A stretch of DNA of 24,000 nucleotides from Balneola sp. EhC07 (GTDB taxonomy: Bacteria > Bacteroidota > Rhodothermia > Balneolales > Balneolaceae): the NCBI RefSeq assembly GCF_001650905.1, contig NZ_LXYG01000015.1, forward strand, positions 13,232 through 37,231. Reading direction: 5' to 3'. The translations under genes and the position numbers were made by a program. Shown in pieces: positions 1 to 8,681 of the stretch (position 1 is its first letter; each line of letters starts with the position of its first letter). Below the pieces are notes generated by a model, which searched no databases, had not been told where the DNA came from, and was given only the letters and a program-made list of their open reading frames with translations.

Positions 1-89
1 AGCTGAATATGTAGTATTAGTATTATTTAATGGAACTTACGAAGCCCTATATCCATTAAAGTATTATCTAACAACAACTAATACTAATT

Positions 90-662
90 ATGAAATTTTT
101 TATATCTACGCTAACATTAGCAGTTTTATTGACATTTTCATCTCATACAAACGCCCAAACATCGGCTCCAACTAAAGACAGATCGGGAATTGGGCCAAAG
201 ATCGGGTATTACAAAGCTCCTGATGCTGATGATGGAACCATGTTTATTGGATTTCAGACAAGAACCCGTGGTGAAGTATTCGGATTTGAATTTGCCGCTG
301 AGTACAGAGGAGAACAAAGCTATTCTACTACAAACGGCGATTTAACGATCAAGCAAATTCCGGTTACAGCTACATTATTAATGCATGTACCTTTAGCTTC
401 TAATTTTCAACCTTATGGTCTTGCCGGTTTAGGGGCTTATTATACTTTTTATGACTACGACGGTGGATTCGTTTCTCCCGGTGATGACGCAGAATTCAAC
501 ATTGGTTATCATTTAGGATTCGGACTTGATCTTCCTCTTAATGAAAGTGCCGGTTTAAATGTCGATTACAGATATTTATTTCTGGATGATCAGGGAGACG
601 ATCTTGACGATACTGAGTTTAGCGGTAATGTTATATCCGCAGGATTAACGTTTTATTTCTAA
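90..662 (+). CDS. Small outer-membrane beta-barrel protein (OmpW/OMP_b-brl-like)
   Basis: 190-aa ORF. Signal peptide MKFFISTLTLAVLLTFSSHTNA/Q. Alternating aromatic/Gly beta-strand pattern (FGFEFAAEYRG, GLGAYYTFYDY, LNVDYRYLF). C-terminal OMP signature ending in aromatic residues (GLTFYF). Followed by an intrinsic terminator. Confidence 0.7.
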   Translation: MKFFISTLTLAVLLTFSSHTNAQTSAPTKDRSGIGPKIGYYKAPDADDGTMFIGFQTRTRGEVFGFEFAAEYRGEQSYSTTNGDLTIKQIPVTATLLMHVPLASNFQPYGLAGLGAYYTFYDYDGGFVSPGDDAEFNIGYHLGFGLDLPLNESAGLNVDYRYLFLDDQGDDLDDTEFSGNVISAGLTFYF

Positions 663-685
663 ACTAGAAAAACCTTACTTTACAG

Positions 686-718
686 ATCCGGTATTCAATC
701 AGAGTACCGGATTTTTTT
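686..718 (+). terminator. Rho-independent terminator of the OMP gene
   Basis: Perfect 8-bp stem atccggta (686-693) / taccggat (705-712), 11-nt loop, then a T-run to 718. It overlaps the first ATG (719) of the next ORF. Confidence 0.7.
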
Positions 719-742
719 ATGCACTTAAATCTAATTATTGGA

Positions 743-1666
743 ATGGCAGAGATTATCCTACCGGAAGTAGAACTGAATATTTATTCACCAAAAGCCCCTG
801 TTGAAGCAACTATTGTAGAGAATTATGTTTGCACGGCAGAAAACAGCCCAAATATAGTTCGACATATTACTTTTGATATTTCGGGTACTGATTTAGTAGA
901 CAGGATCAGAGTTGGACAATCTGTTGGAGTACTTCCTCCCGGTGAGAATGAAAAAGGGCGTCCGCATAAATTACGTTTATATTCGGTTTCATCCCCTACA
1001 AAGGGAGAAGGAGGAAAATCACATCTGGTTTCCACTACTGTTAAAAGGTCTATAGATGAAATAGATGGCAAACTTTATCTGGGTGTTGCTTCAAATTATC
1101 TTTCTGACTTGAAGCCGGGGGATAAAGTTCAACTTACAGGACCAAGTGGAAAAAGATATTTGCTACCGGAAAATGCTCAGGATTTCAATTACGTATTTTT
1201 TGCTACCGGAACAGGAATAGCTCCTTTCAGAGGTATGATCATGGAATTGTTTGAGTCGGGCTATAAAGGTGATGTAGCTCTGGTTTTTGGTTGTGCTTAC
1301 AGAACGGATATACTGTATCCGGATTTTATAAAGGAAATGACCGAGAAGCACTCTAATTTTCATTATTTGAGTTGTGTATCCAGAGAAGACAGACGTAGCG
1401 ACGGAAGTAAATATTATGTTCAAAGTGTGATCAATGATCATGCTGATACTTTGAATCCAATTTTTGAAAAAGAAAATACGCTAATCTATATTTGTGGAAT
1501 GAAGGGAATGGAAACGGGTATCTATCAGAATCTTGCACTTCAGGGGCATACAGAGTATTTGCAGGTAAGAGGAGATCTTGCAGAAATAGATCCTAAAGAA
1601 TGGAGTTGGGAAGATCTTAAAAAGAATATTAAGCCTTCGGCCCGTACTTTTGAGGAAGTATATTAA
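743..1666 (+). CDS. Ferredoxin--NADP+ reductase, plant-type (FAD/NAD(P)-binding)
   Basis: FAD-binding RLYSVSS motif (plant-type RLYSIAS), NADP-binding GTGIAPFR, YICGMKGM, and the terminal aromatic ...EEVY typical of plant-type FNR. The longest ORF starts at 719, but that ATG sits in the T-tail of the upstream terminator, so Met at 743 (MAEIILPEV...) is preferred. Confidence 0.85.
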   Translation: MAEIILPEVELNIYSPKAPVEATIVENYVCTAENSPNIVRHITFDISGTDLVDRIRVGQSVGVLPPGENEKGRPHKLRLYSVSSPTKGEGGKSHLVSTTVKRSIDEIDGKLYLGVASNYLSDLKPGDKVQLTGPSGKRYLLPENAQDFNYVFFATGTGIAPFRGMIMELFESGYKGDVALVFGCAYRTDILYPDFIKEMTEKHSNFHYLSCVSREDRRSDGSKYYVQSVINDHADTLNPIFEKENTLIYICGMKGMETGIYQNLALQGHTEYLQVRGDLAEIDPKEWSWEDLKKNIKPSARTFEEVY

Positions 1667-1694
1667 GTGAAAGGTGAATAGTGAGCATTGAGTA

Positions 1695-2270
1695 TTACTC
1701 TAGCTTATTTAAATTTGATACACCTCCTGAAACCACAAATTTCATAAAAGTAGCCGGATCTTTCTTGATTGGTTTCACATGAATTTTATCCACTATGTAA
1801 AGATTTCCGGAGAAATTGTATGAATGTGGGCAATACACCGCTACTTCGTCCTCTAGTCCAAGATCAGTAAGAGATTCCTGTGTTATAAAACCTAAACGTT
1901 TTACGCCCGGAACTCCGAAATCTACAACAACAGGAGCTGTAAATTTCTTTTTATCCCCAACAAAAGCTTCGGTAAGATCTCTTAATGAGCTATAAATAAT
2001 ACTCACCAAAGGGGTTCTGGTAAGAAGCTTCTCGAATAAATGAACAATGGGTTTTGTGAAAGCTCTTGTAAATACAAATCCGATAAGAGTGATGGCTATA
2101 AAGCCGGTAATTATCCCTAAGCCGGGAATATTATAATCGAACCAGCTGTAAAACAGATAATTGAGAGATTCATTAGCCCATCCAATTGCTATTGAAACCA
2201 AATAAATGGTGGCGCCAACAGGAAACACAATTAGCATTCCGCGGAAGAAAAAATTGAGAATAGTTTTCAT
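1695..2270 (-). CDS. DUF502-family integral membrane protein
   Basis: 191 aa. Two N-terminal TM helices (GMLIVFPVGATIYLVSIAIGW; PGLGIITGFIAITLIGFVF) followed by a soluble domain, the layout I associate with DUF502 proteins. Family assignment is from memory. Confidence 0.6.
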   Translation of the reverse strand: MKTILNFFFRGMLIVFPVGATIYLVSIAIGWANESLNYLFYSWFDYNIPGLGIITGFIAITLIGFVFTRAFTKPIVHLFEKLLTRTPLVSIIYSSLRDLTEAFVGDKKKFTAPVVVDFGVPGVKRLGFITQESLTDLGLEDEVAVYCPHSYNFSGNLYIVDKIHVKPIKKDPATFMKFVVSGGVSNLNKLE

Positions 2271-2454
2271 AGCTGTCTGATAAGTTTAAAGTCGGAATAA
2301 ATGTCGCCACTAATTCATAAAGCACAAAATGTTTATTTCAGGTTTTTAATTCAGACATTTCAATTAAATCTGTAAACATAAATCTAACATCGAGTGTGAA
2401 GCAGATTTTTTTTATCTTCACCATCTTAATTTTCAACCGATTTTTTAATTCAAA
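2271..2454. promoter_or_regulatory. Divergent intergenic region (DUF502 gene / alaS), presumed promoters
   Basis: 184-nt AT-rich gap between divergently transcribed genes. Contains a weak hairpin, gtgaag-N14-cttcac, near 2395-2420. No consensus promoter was confidently identified. Confidence 0.3.
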
Positions 2455-2457
2455 TTG

Positions 2458-5133
2458 ATGTCCACTAAGACTTCATCCCAAATACGTCAGGAATTCCTGG
2501 AATTTTTTAAAGAAAAGGATCACGCTATTGTAGAAAGCGCACCGGTAGCTCCTAAAAATGATCCAACATTATTGTTCACCAATGCAGGGATGAACCAGTT
2601 CAAACCAATATTTCTAGGGGAAGAGAAGACGCTTTCTCATGAAGGAAAGGAATGGAATCGCGCTGCAGATACCCAAAAATGTATTCGAGTAAGTGGGAAA
2701 CACAATGATCTGGAAGAGGTTGGATACGACACCTATCATCATACTTTGTTTGAGATGTTGGGAAACTGGTCGTTTGGTGACTATTTCAAAAAAGAAGCCA
2801 TTGGTTGGGCTTGGGAATTATTGGTTGATAAGTGGGGCTTAAATCCTGATCAATTATACGCTACTGTTTTTGGTGGCGATGATGAAGACAGACTTCCGGT
2901 TGATGAAGAAGCAATTGAACTTTGGAAAAGCGAAACTTCAATTGACCACGCTCATATTTTGAAATGCGGTAAGAAAGACAATTTCTGGGAAATGGGAGAC
3001 ACCGGACCATGTGGCCCATGTTCAGAAATCCATATTGATCTGAGATCAGAAGAAGAACGCAAAGAAGTTGATGGAGCTACTTTAGTAAACGCAGATGATC
3101 CCAGAGTGATGGAGATCTGGAATCTGGTATTTATTCAGTTTAATCGTCAGAAAGACGGTTCACTTCAACCATTACCGGATATGCATGTGGATACCGGAAT
3201 GGGTTTCGAAAGAGTTTGCGCTGTCCTTCAGGGTAAGACTTCAAATTACGATTCTGATGTTTTTACACCGTTATTGAACACAATTTCTGAATTTGCAGGA
3301 ATGAAGTACAGCAGTTCCGACAGTGAGAAAGATATCGCTATGAGAGTTATTGCTGATCATATTCGTGCTGTAGCTTTTTCTATTGCGGACGGTGCTTCTC
3401 CCGGAAATGATGGTCGTGGATATGTTATTCGAAGAATTCTAAGAAGAGCGATCAGATATGGTTGGGATAAATTAGGTTTCAAAGAACCATTTTTCTACAA
3501 ACTGGTTGATGTTCTTGCTGATCAGTTCAAGGATGTATTCCCGGAAATGGAAGCTCAGAAAGAATATGTCATCAATGTGATCAAATCAGAAGAAAAAAGC
3601 TTCTTAAAAACATTAGGACAAGGAATCCAACTCTTTAAGGAAGTCTCAAAAGGAAAAGACGTTATTTCCGGTGACGACGCTTTTAAACTTCATGATACGT
3701 ATGGATTCCCAATCGATCTTACTCAGCTAATGGCTAGAGAAGAAGACATCGAAGTTGATGTAGATCGATTTAACGAGTTGATGAAAAAACAGAAAGATCG
3801 CGCACGAGCAGCCGGTAAGTTTTCTGTTGATCAGAGTGGGGGTGGTGATTGGGTATTAGTTAATAGTAAAGAAGTCAGCGAGACTCACTTTGTTGGATAT
3901 GATGACCTTAAAGTAGAAACAGAATTTACTTCGTTCAGAAAAGAAGGAAAGCGTTTTGCTTTCAAACTTGCTAAGACCCCATTTTATGCAGAGAGCGGTG
4001 GTCAGGTTGCTGATACAGGTTTAGTAACAAATGGAAATGAATACATTCATGTTATTGATGTACAAAAAGTAAATGGAGAGTTTGTTCATTACACAGAAAA
4101 CCTTCCTGAAGACCTTTCAGGTGGTTGGCTTGCTCAGATTGATACATCCAGAAGAAAAGAAATTCAAAAACACCATTCAGCTACTCATTTAGTTCATGCA
4201 GTTTTAAGAGAAGAACTAGGCGATCATGTAGCTCAAAAAGGTTCTTTGGTAGATGATCATCATTTACGATTTGATTTCTCACACTTTGAAGCAGTTACGG
4301 ATGAAGAACTCAAAGTGATCGAGCAAAGAGTTAACGAAAAAATTCAGGAAAATATCCCGTTAGATGAACAGAGAAGTGTTCCTATCGAAGAAGCTAAAGA
4401 AATGGGAGCGATGATGCTTTTCGGAGAGAAATACGGAGATGAAGTTAGGGTAATTACTTTTGATCCTGAATTTTCCAGAGAATTATGCGGTGGAACTCAT
4501 GTACAAGCTACCGGCGAAATCGGTTACTTCAGATTTACTCAGGAAACTTCGGTAGCTGCAGGAGTGAGAAGAATCGAAGCTGTGTGCGGTAAAGCTGCAG
4601 ATCAGATTTTGAGGAATGAACAATCACTTCTAAAAGAAATTAAAGGAGTAATTGGACAAAGCACCGATCTGGTTGCAGACATCAAGAAACTTCAGGAAGA
4701 AAAGAAAGCTTTAGAAAAAGAACTTTCTGCTCAGAATCTTCAGAACACCGGAGCTAAACTAACTGAATTATTTTCAAATCCGGAATCATTAGACGGAAAT
4801 ATCACACTTGTAAAAGGAGAAATTCCCGGCGCTGACATGGATGTGCTAAAGCAACTGGGTTACGATGCTTTGGAAAAATCTTCTTCAAATACAGTTACAG
4901 TTCTAGGTTCAAAAGATGAAGAAGAAGGAAAAGTATATCTGATGGTATCAGTCACTGATGATCTGATAAAAGAAAAAGGATTAAAGGCAGGAGCATTAGT
5001 TGGGCAACTTGGACGGTTAGTAGGTGGTGGCGGTGGTGGACAACCAAGTCTTGCTACTGCTGGTGGACGTCAACCTGAAAAGCTAGAAGAAGCACTATCT
5101 AAAGTGAATGAAATCATTTTAAATACCATTTAA
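2458..5133 (+). CDS. alaS: Alanine--tRNA ligase
   Basis: About 891 aa. Class II AlaRS motifs (FTNAGMNQFKP, RVSGKHNDLEEVG, HHTLFEMLGNWSFGDYFK, CGPCSEIH). Editing-domain HxxxH (HSATHLVH) and CGGTH. C-terminal DHHA1 with GGGGGGQPSLATAGG. ATG at 2458 is preferred over TTG at 2455. Confidence 0.97.
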   Translation: MSTKTSSQIRQEFLEFFKEKDHAIVESAPVAPKNDPTLLFTNAGMNQFKPIFLGEEKTLSHEGKEWNRAADTQKCIRVSGKHNDLEEVGYDTYHHTLFEMLGNWSFGDYFKKEAIGWAWELLVDKWGLNPDQLYATVFGGDDEDRLPVDEEAIELWKSETSIDHAHILKCGKKDNFWEMGDTGPCGPCSEIHIDLRSEEERKEVDGATLVNADDPRVMEIWNLVFIQFNRQKDGSLQPLPDMHVDTGMGFERVCAVLQGKTSNYDSDVFTPLLNTISEFAGMKYSSSDSEKDIAMRVIADHIRAVAFSIADGASPGNDGRGYVIRRILRRAIRYGWDKLGFKEPFFYKLVDVLADQFKDVFPEMEAQKEYVINVIKSEEKSFLKTLGQGIQLFKEVSKGKDVISGDDAFKLHDTYGFPIDLTQLMAREEDIEVDVDRFNELMKKQKDRARAAGKFSVDQSGGGDWVLVNSKEVSETHFVGYDDLKVETEFTSFRKEGKRFAFKLAKTPFYAESGGQVADTGLVTNGNEYIHVIDVQKVNGEFVHYTENLPEDLSGGWLAQIDTSRRKEIQKHHSATHLVHAVLREELGDHVAQKGSLVDDHHLRFDFSHFEAVTDEELKVIEQRVNEKIQENIPLDEQRSVPIEEAKEMGAMMLFGEKYGDEVRVITFDPEFSRELCGGTHVQATGEIGYFRFTQETSVAAGVRRIEAVCGKAADQILRNEQSLLKEIKGVIGQSTDLVADIKKLQEEKKALEKELSAQNLQNTGAKLTELFSNPESLDGNITLVKGEIPGADMDVLKQLGYDALEKSSSNTVTVLGSKDEEEGKVYLMVSVTDDLIKEKGLKAGALVGQLGRLVGGGGGGQPSLATAGGRQPEKLEEALSKVNEIILNTI

Positions 5134-5223
5134 CACTTGTAGTCCAGAGAATTACGAAATCTTCCTAAAAATTGAATATATTCAAGCCCATTTTTGAAGG
5201 GTTAAGGTTATAAAAAACGAACT

Positions 5224-6324
5224 ATGGCAAAAAAGAAAAGCGGTAATGTTGAATTTGCTCCAAGAGGTATTGGAGATGAAAAATCAGGTGCAGTACAGAA
5301 AGGGGTTGATCTTCCGGCTGCTACAAAATCAAAACATAAAGATCTGGGACTTTCAGCTGCAAAGCTAAAAGCGATGTATGAGCAAATGTATTTGCAGCGT
5401 CGTTTTGAAGAAAGAGCGATGCAGCAGTATCAAAAAGGAAAATTTGGCGGATTTCTTCACCTTTATATTGGTCAGGAAGCGATCTCGACCGGAACAACTT
5501 TTGCATTGAATGATGACGACGATATCATTACAGCATATCGTGACCATGGTTGGGGACTTTGCAGAGGAATTTCAGCAAACGAAGGAATGGCTGAACTTTT
5601 TGGTAAAGCAACAGGATGCTCCAGAGGTAAAGGCGGATCAATGCATTTCGCTAAAGCAGAAAATCATTTTTGGGGCGGTTACGGAATCGTTGGTGGACAT
5701 ATTCCAATTGGTGGTGGTCTTGCATTCGCTAATAAATATGAGCAGAATGGCCGAATTTCTACCTGCTTTTTTGGTGATGGAGCAGTAGATCAGGGAGCAC
5801 TACACGAAACTTTTAATATTGCTCAACTTTGGAAACTTCCGGCAATTTTCGTTGTAGAAAATAACGGATATTCTATGGGAACAGCTGCCCGACGTCATAC
5901 AGTTGCAGATATTGTGGACAGAGCTGATGGTTACGGAATGAAAAGTGCTGTGATCAACGGTATGGATGTGTTCTCTGTGTATGAGAAGATGAAAGAGATC
6001 GCTGATGATGTGCGCAAAAACTCAGAACCTTGGTTTGTTGAGATCAGAACGTACAGATATCGTGGACACTCAATGTCAGATCCTCAAAAGTACAGAACTA
6101 AAGAGGAATTGGAAGAATATCAGAAGAATGATCCGATCGAAAGATTGAAAACATATATTCTCGAAAATGACATCGCCAAAGAAGCGGCGCTTGAGAAGAT
6201 CGAAGAAAAAGTAGAGCAGGAAGTATTAGATGCAGTCGAATTTGCAGATAATTCTGACTTCCCGAAAGATGAAGAGCTCTACGAGGATATGTTTGTAGAA
6301 GACGATCCATATTTCCATACCTAA
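5224..6324 (+). CDS. pdhA: Pyruvate dehydrogenase E1 component, alpha subunit
   Basis: 366 aa. ThDP-binding GDGAxxQG...NNGY motif (FFGDGAVDQGALHE...VVENNGYSMGT) and YRYRGHSMSDP, characteristic of heterotetrameric PDH E1 alpha. Operon context with E1 beta and E2. Confidence 0.92.
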   Translation: MAKKKSGNVEFAPRGIGDEKSGAVQKGVDLPAATKSKHKDLGLSAAKLKAMYEQMYLQRRFEERAMQQYQKGKFGGFLHLYIGQEAISTGTTFALNDDDDIITAYRDHGWGLCRGISANEGMAELFGKATGCSRGKGGSMHFAKAENHFWGGYGIVGGHIPIGGGLAFANKYEQNGRISTCFFGDGAVDQGALHETFNIAQLWKLPAIFVVENNGYSMGTAARRHTVADIVDRADGYGMKSAVINGMDVFSVYEKMKEIADDVRKNSEPWFVEIRTYRYRGHSMSDPQKYRTKEELEEYQKNDPIERLKTYILENDIAKEAALEKIEEKVEQEVLDAVEFADNSDFPKDEELYEDMFVEDDPYFHT

Positions 6325-6347
6325 AAAGAATTTCAAAGAATAGAATA

Positions 6348-7331
6348 ATGGCTGAATTACAATTTAGAGAAGCAATAAAAGCTGCCATCGATGAAGAAAT
6401 GGCAAAAGATGAGAAAGTCCTGATAATGGGTGAGGAAGTAGCTGAATACAACGGCGCTTACAAAACCACCGAAGGACTTCTCGATAAATACGGATATAAA
6501 AGAGTGATCGATACTCCAATTTCTGAGCTTGGCTTTGCCGGTATCGGAGTGGGAGCTGCTATGAACGGTTTGAGACCAATTGTAGAGTTCATGACGTTCA
6601 ACTTTGCAGTATTAGCTGCTGATCAGATCATAAATCACGCTTCTAAGGTGAAGTACATGACCGGTGGACAAATTAATTGTCCGATCGTATTCAGAGGCCC
6701 TAACGCATCAGCAGGACAGTTAGGAGCTACGCATTCTGTTGCTTACGATTCCATGTACGCTCACTTCCCGGGTTTGAAAGTTATTTATACTTCCGAACCA
6801 GATGACGCAAAAGGATTGCTTAAATCTGCCATTCGCGATGATAATCCGGTTTTGTTTATGGAGTCAGAGCAAATGTACGGCTTGAAAGGAGAAGTATCTG
6901 ATGAAGAAGATTACATTATCCCAATCGGGAAAGGAAAGATCAAACGGGAAGGCGAACATGTGACTTTAGTAGCTCACGGAAAAATGTATCACTTAGCAGT
7001 TCAGGCTGCTAAAGAGCTGGCAAAAGACGGTGTGGAATGTGAAATTATTGATCCGAGAACAGTAAAGCCTTTGGATCTTCCGCTGATCATTGAATCGATC
7101 AAGAAAACAAACAGATGCGTAATTCTGGATGAAGCTCATCCCTTTGGTGGATTGGCTGCTGAAGTTGGATTCTTAATTCAACGCGAAGCTTTTGATTATT
7201 TGGATGCACCGGTACAGCGTGTAACACTTCCTGATGTTTGTGCACCATTTGCTAAAAACCTTTTTGATCTTTGGTATCCTTCTGTTAAGCAGGTTGTAGA
7301 TGCTGTGAATCAAGTTACTTACAGAAATTAA
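6348..7331 (+). CDS. pdhB: Pyruvate dehydrogenase E1 component, beta subunit
   Basis: 327 aa. Transketolase-like pyrimidine-binding and C-terminal domains (VIDTPISELGFAGIGVGAAMNGLRPIVEFMTFNF; NPVLFMESE). 23 nt after pdhA. Confidence 0.92.
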   Translation: MAELQFREAIKAAIDEEMAKDEKVLIMGEEVAEYNGAYKTTEGLLDKYGYKRVIDTPISELGFAGIGVGAAMNGLRPIVEFMTFNFAVLAADQIINHASKVKYMTGGQINCPIVFRGPNASAGQLGATHSVAYDSMYAHFPGLKVIYTSEPDDAKGLLKSAIRDDNPVLFMESEQMYGLKGEVSDEEDYIIPIGKGKIKREGEHVTLVAHGKMYHLAVQAAKELAKDGVECEIIDPRTVKPLDLPLIIESIKKTNRCVILDEAHPFGGLAAEVGFLIQREAFDYLDAPVQRVTLPDVCAPFAKNLFDLWYPSVKQVVDAVNQVTYRN

Positions 7332-7355
7332 TAAACTCACTAACTCGAAGAAATT

Positions 7356-8624
7356 ATGGCTATTAAGATAGAAATGCCGAAGCTGAGCGACACTATGGAA
7401 GAAGGTGTGATCGCTAAATGGAATGTTAAAGAAGGCGACAAGATTTCTGCCGGTGATATCATCGCTGAAGTTGAAACTGATAAAGCCACGATGGATGTGG
7501 AAGCTTTTGATGACGGAACGCTTTTAAAGATCATTCCTCAGGAAGGAGATGCGGTGCCTTTAGGTGGACTTATCGCTGTGATCGGTGAAGAAGGTGAAGA
7601 TATTTCTGATATTCTTGACGGAGCAGGAGGGAGCGGAAGTTCTGAAAGTTCTTCGTCTGATGATTCTGACAAAAAAGAAGAAAAAAAGTCTGAAGAATCT
7701 AAAGAGGATAAATCAGAGGAGAAAACAGAAACTAAAGAGACTTCATCCGAATCTGATAACGGAAGAGTAAAAGCTTCTCCATTAGCCAAAAAAATGGCTG
7801 AAGATAAAGGAATTGATCTCACTTCAGTTCAGGGCTCAGGTCCTGATGGCAGAGTTGTTAAGAAAGATATTGAAGATTATAAAGGTGGAAGTAGTTTGTC
7901 TAAACCATCGAGCTCTTCAACTGCATCTAAATCTTTCGAGAGTTTAGAAAGCAAAGAAGTGAAAGTTTCTCAAATGAGAAAAGTGATTGCTCGCAGACTT
8001 TCTGAAAGCAAATTCACCAATCCACATTTCTATGAAACTATAGACATTGACATGAAGGCTGCAATGGCAGCTCGTTCTTCAATGAATGAAGCGAATGATG
8101 TGAAGATCAGTTTCAACGATATCGTAGTGAAAGCTTGTGCGATCGCTCTAACGCGTCACCAGGCAATTAACAGTTCGTGGCATGACGATGTGATCAAAGA
8201 GCACGGAGACGTTCATGTAGCGGTCGCTGTAGCTATTGATGAAGGTTTAATGACTCCTGTTATTACTCATGCGGATAAGAAAGGCTTGTCAGAGATTTCA
8301 TCCGAAACCAGAGAATTAGCCGGATTAGCAAGAGATCGTAAACTACAACCCGAACAAATGGAAGGAAGCACTTTCACTATCTCTAATTTGGGAATGTTTG
8401 GCATAGAAGAGTTTACAGCTATTATTAATCCACCAAATGCTTGTATACTTGCTGTTGGAGCTATCCGTGATGTTCCTGTGGTAGAAAACGGTGCAGTAGT
8501 TCCGGGTAAGCGTATGAAGATCACTCTTTCAAGTGATCATAGAATTGTTGATGGAGCCAAAGCAGCTCAATTCTTAAATACAGTTAAGAATTTACTGGAA
8601 AACCCATTATCAATGCTGCTCTAA
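7356..8624 (+). CDS. pdhC: Dihydrolipoamide acetyltransferase (PDH E2)
   Basis: 422 aa. One lipoyl domain with ETDKA (lipoyl-Lys codon 7482-7484). Ser/Glu/Lys-rich linker. E3/E1-binding domain (ASPLAKKMAEDKGIDLTSVQGSGPDGRVVKKDIE). Catalytic domain with the DHRIVDG active site. Confidence 0.92.
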   Translation: MAIKIEMPKLSDTMEEGVIAKWNVKEGDKISAGDIIAEVETDKATMDVEAFDDGTLLKIIPQEGDAVPLGGLIAVIGEEGEDISDILDGAGGSGSSESSSSDDSDKKEEKKSEESKEDKSEEKTETKETSSESDNGRVKASPLAKKMAEDKGIDLTSVQGSGPDGRVVKKDIEDYKGGSSLSKPSSSSTASKSFESLESKEVKVSQMRKVIARRLSESKFTNPHFYETIDIDMKAAMAARSSMNEANDVKISFNDIVVKACAIALTRHQAINSSWHDDVIKEHGDVHVAVAVAIDEGLMTPVITHADKKGLSEISSETRELAGLARDRKLQPEQMEGSTFTISNLGMFGIEEFTAIINPPNACILAVGAIRDVPVVENGAVVPGKRMKITLSSDHRIVDGAKAAQFLNTVKNLLENPLSMLL

Positions 8625-8653
8625 AGCACGTTTATTTTAATTCTGAATTTAAA

Positions 8654-8681
8654 AGCTCTGATGAAAATCAGGGCTTTTTTT
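8654..8681. terminator. Strong hairpin terminator shared by convergent pdhC (+) and the MotB-like gene (-)
   Basis: 9-bp stem agctctgat (8654-8662) / atcagggct (8667-8675, one G-U pair on the + transcript), GAAA tetraloop, T7 tail to 8681. A4 lies on the other side, so weaker function on the minus strand is possible. The stop codon of the minus-strand gene (8680-8682) abuts it. Confidence 0.8.

Noticed and set aside
2271-2454. T-box or other riboswitch leader upstream of alaS
   Set aside because: There is only a weak 6-bp hairpin (gtgaag/cttcac) and no specifier or T-box-like conserved sequence. T-box leaders are not expected in this type of genome.
5020-5045. Run of Gly codons (ggtggtggcggtggtgga) near the alaS 3' end as a slippery or repeat element
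   Set aside because: It encodes the conserved GGGGGG...AGG motif of the AlaRS C-terminal DHHA1 domain, so it is a normal feature.
823-6451. Minus- or alternative-frame ORFs inside the FNR and pdhA genes (823-1071, 1163-1441, 5321-5506, 5365-5547, 5510-5788, 6098-6451)
   Set aside because: They overlap strongly supported housekeeping CDSs and have no recognisable motifs.
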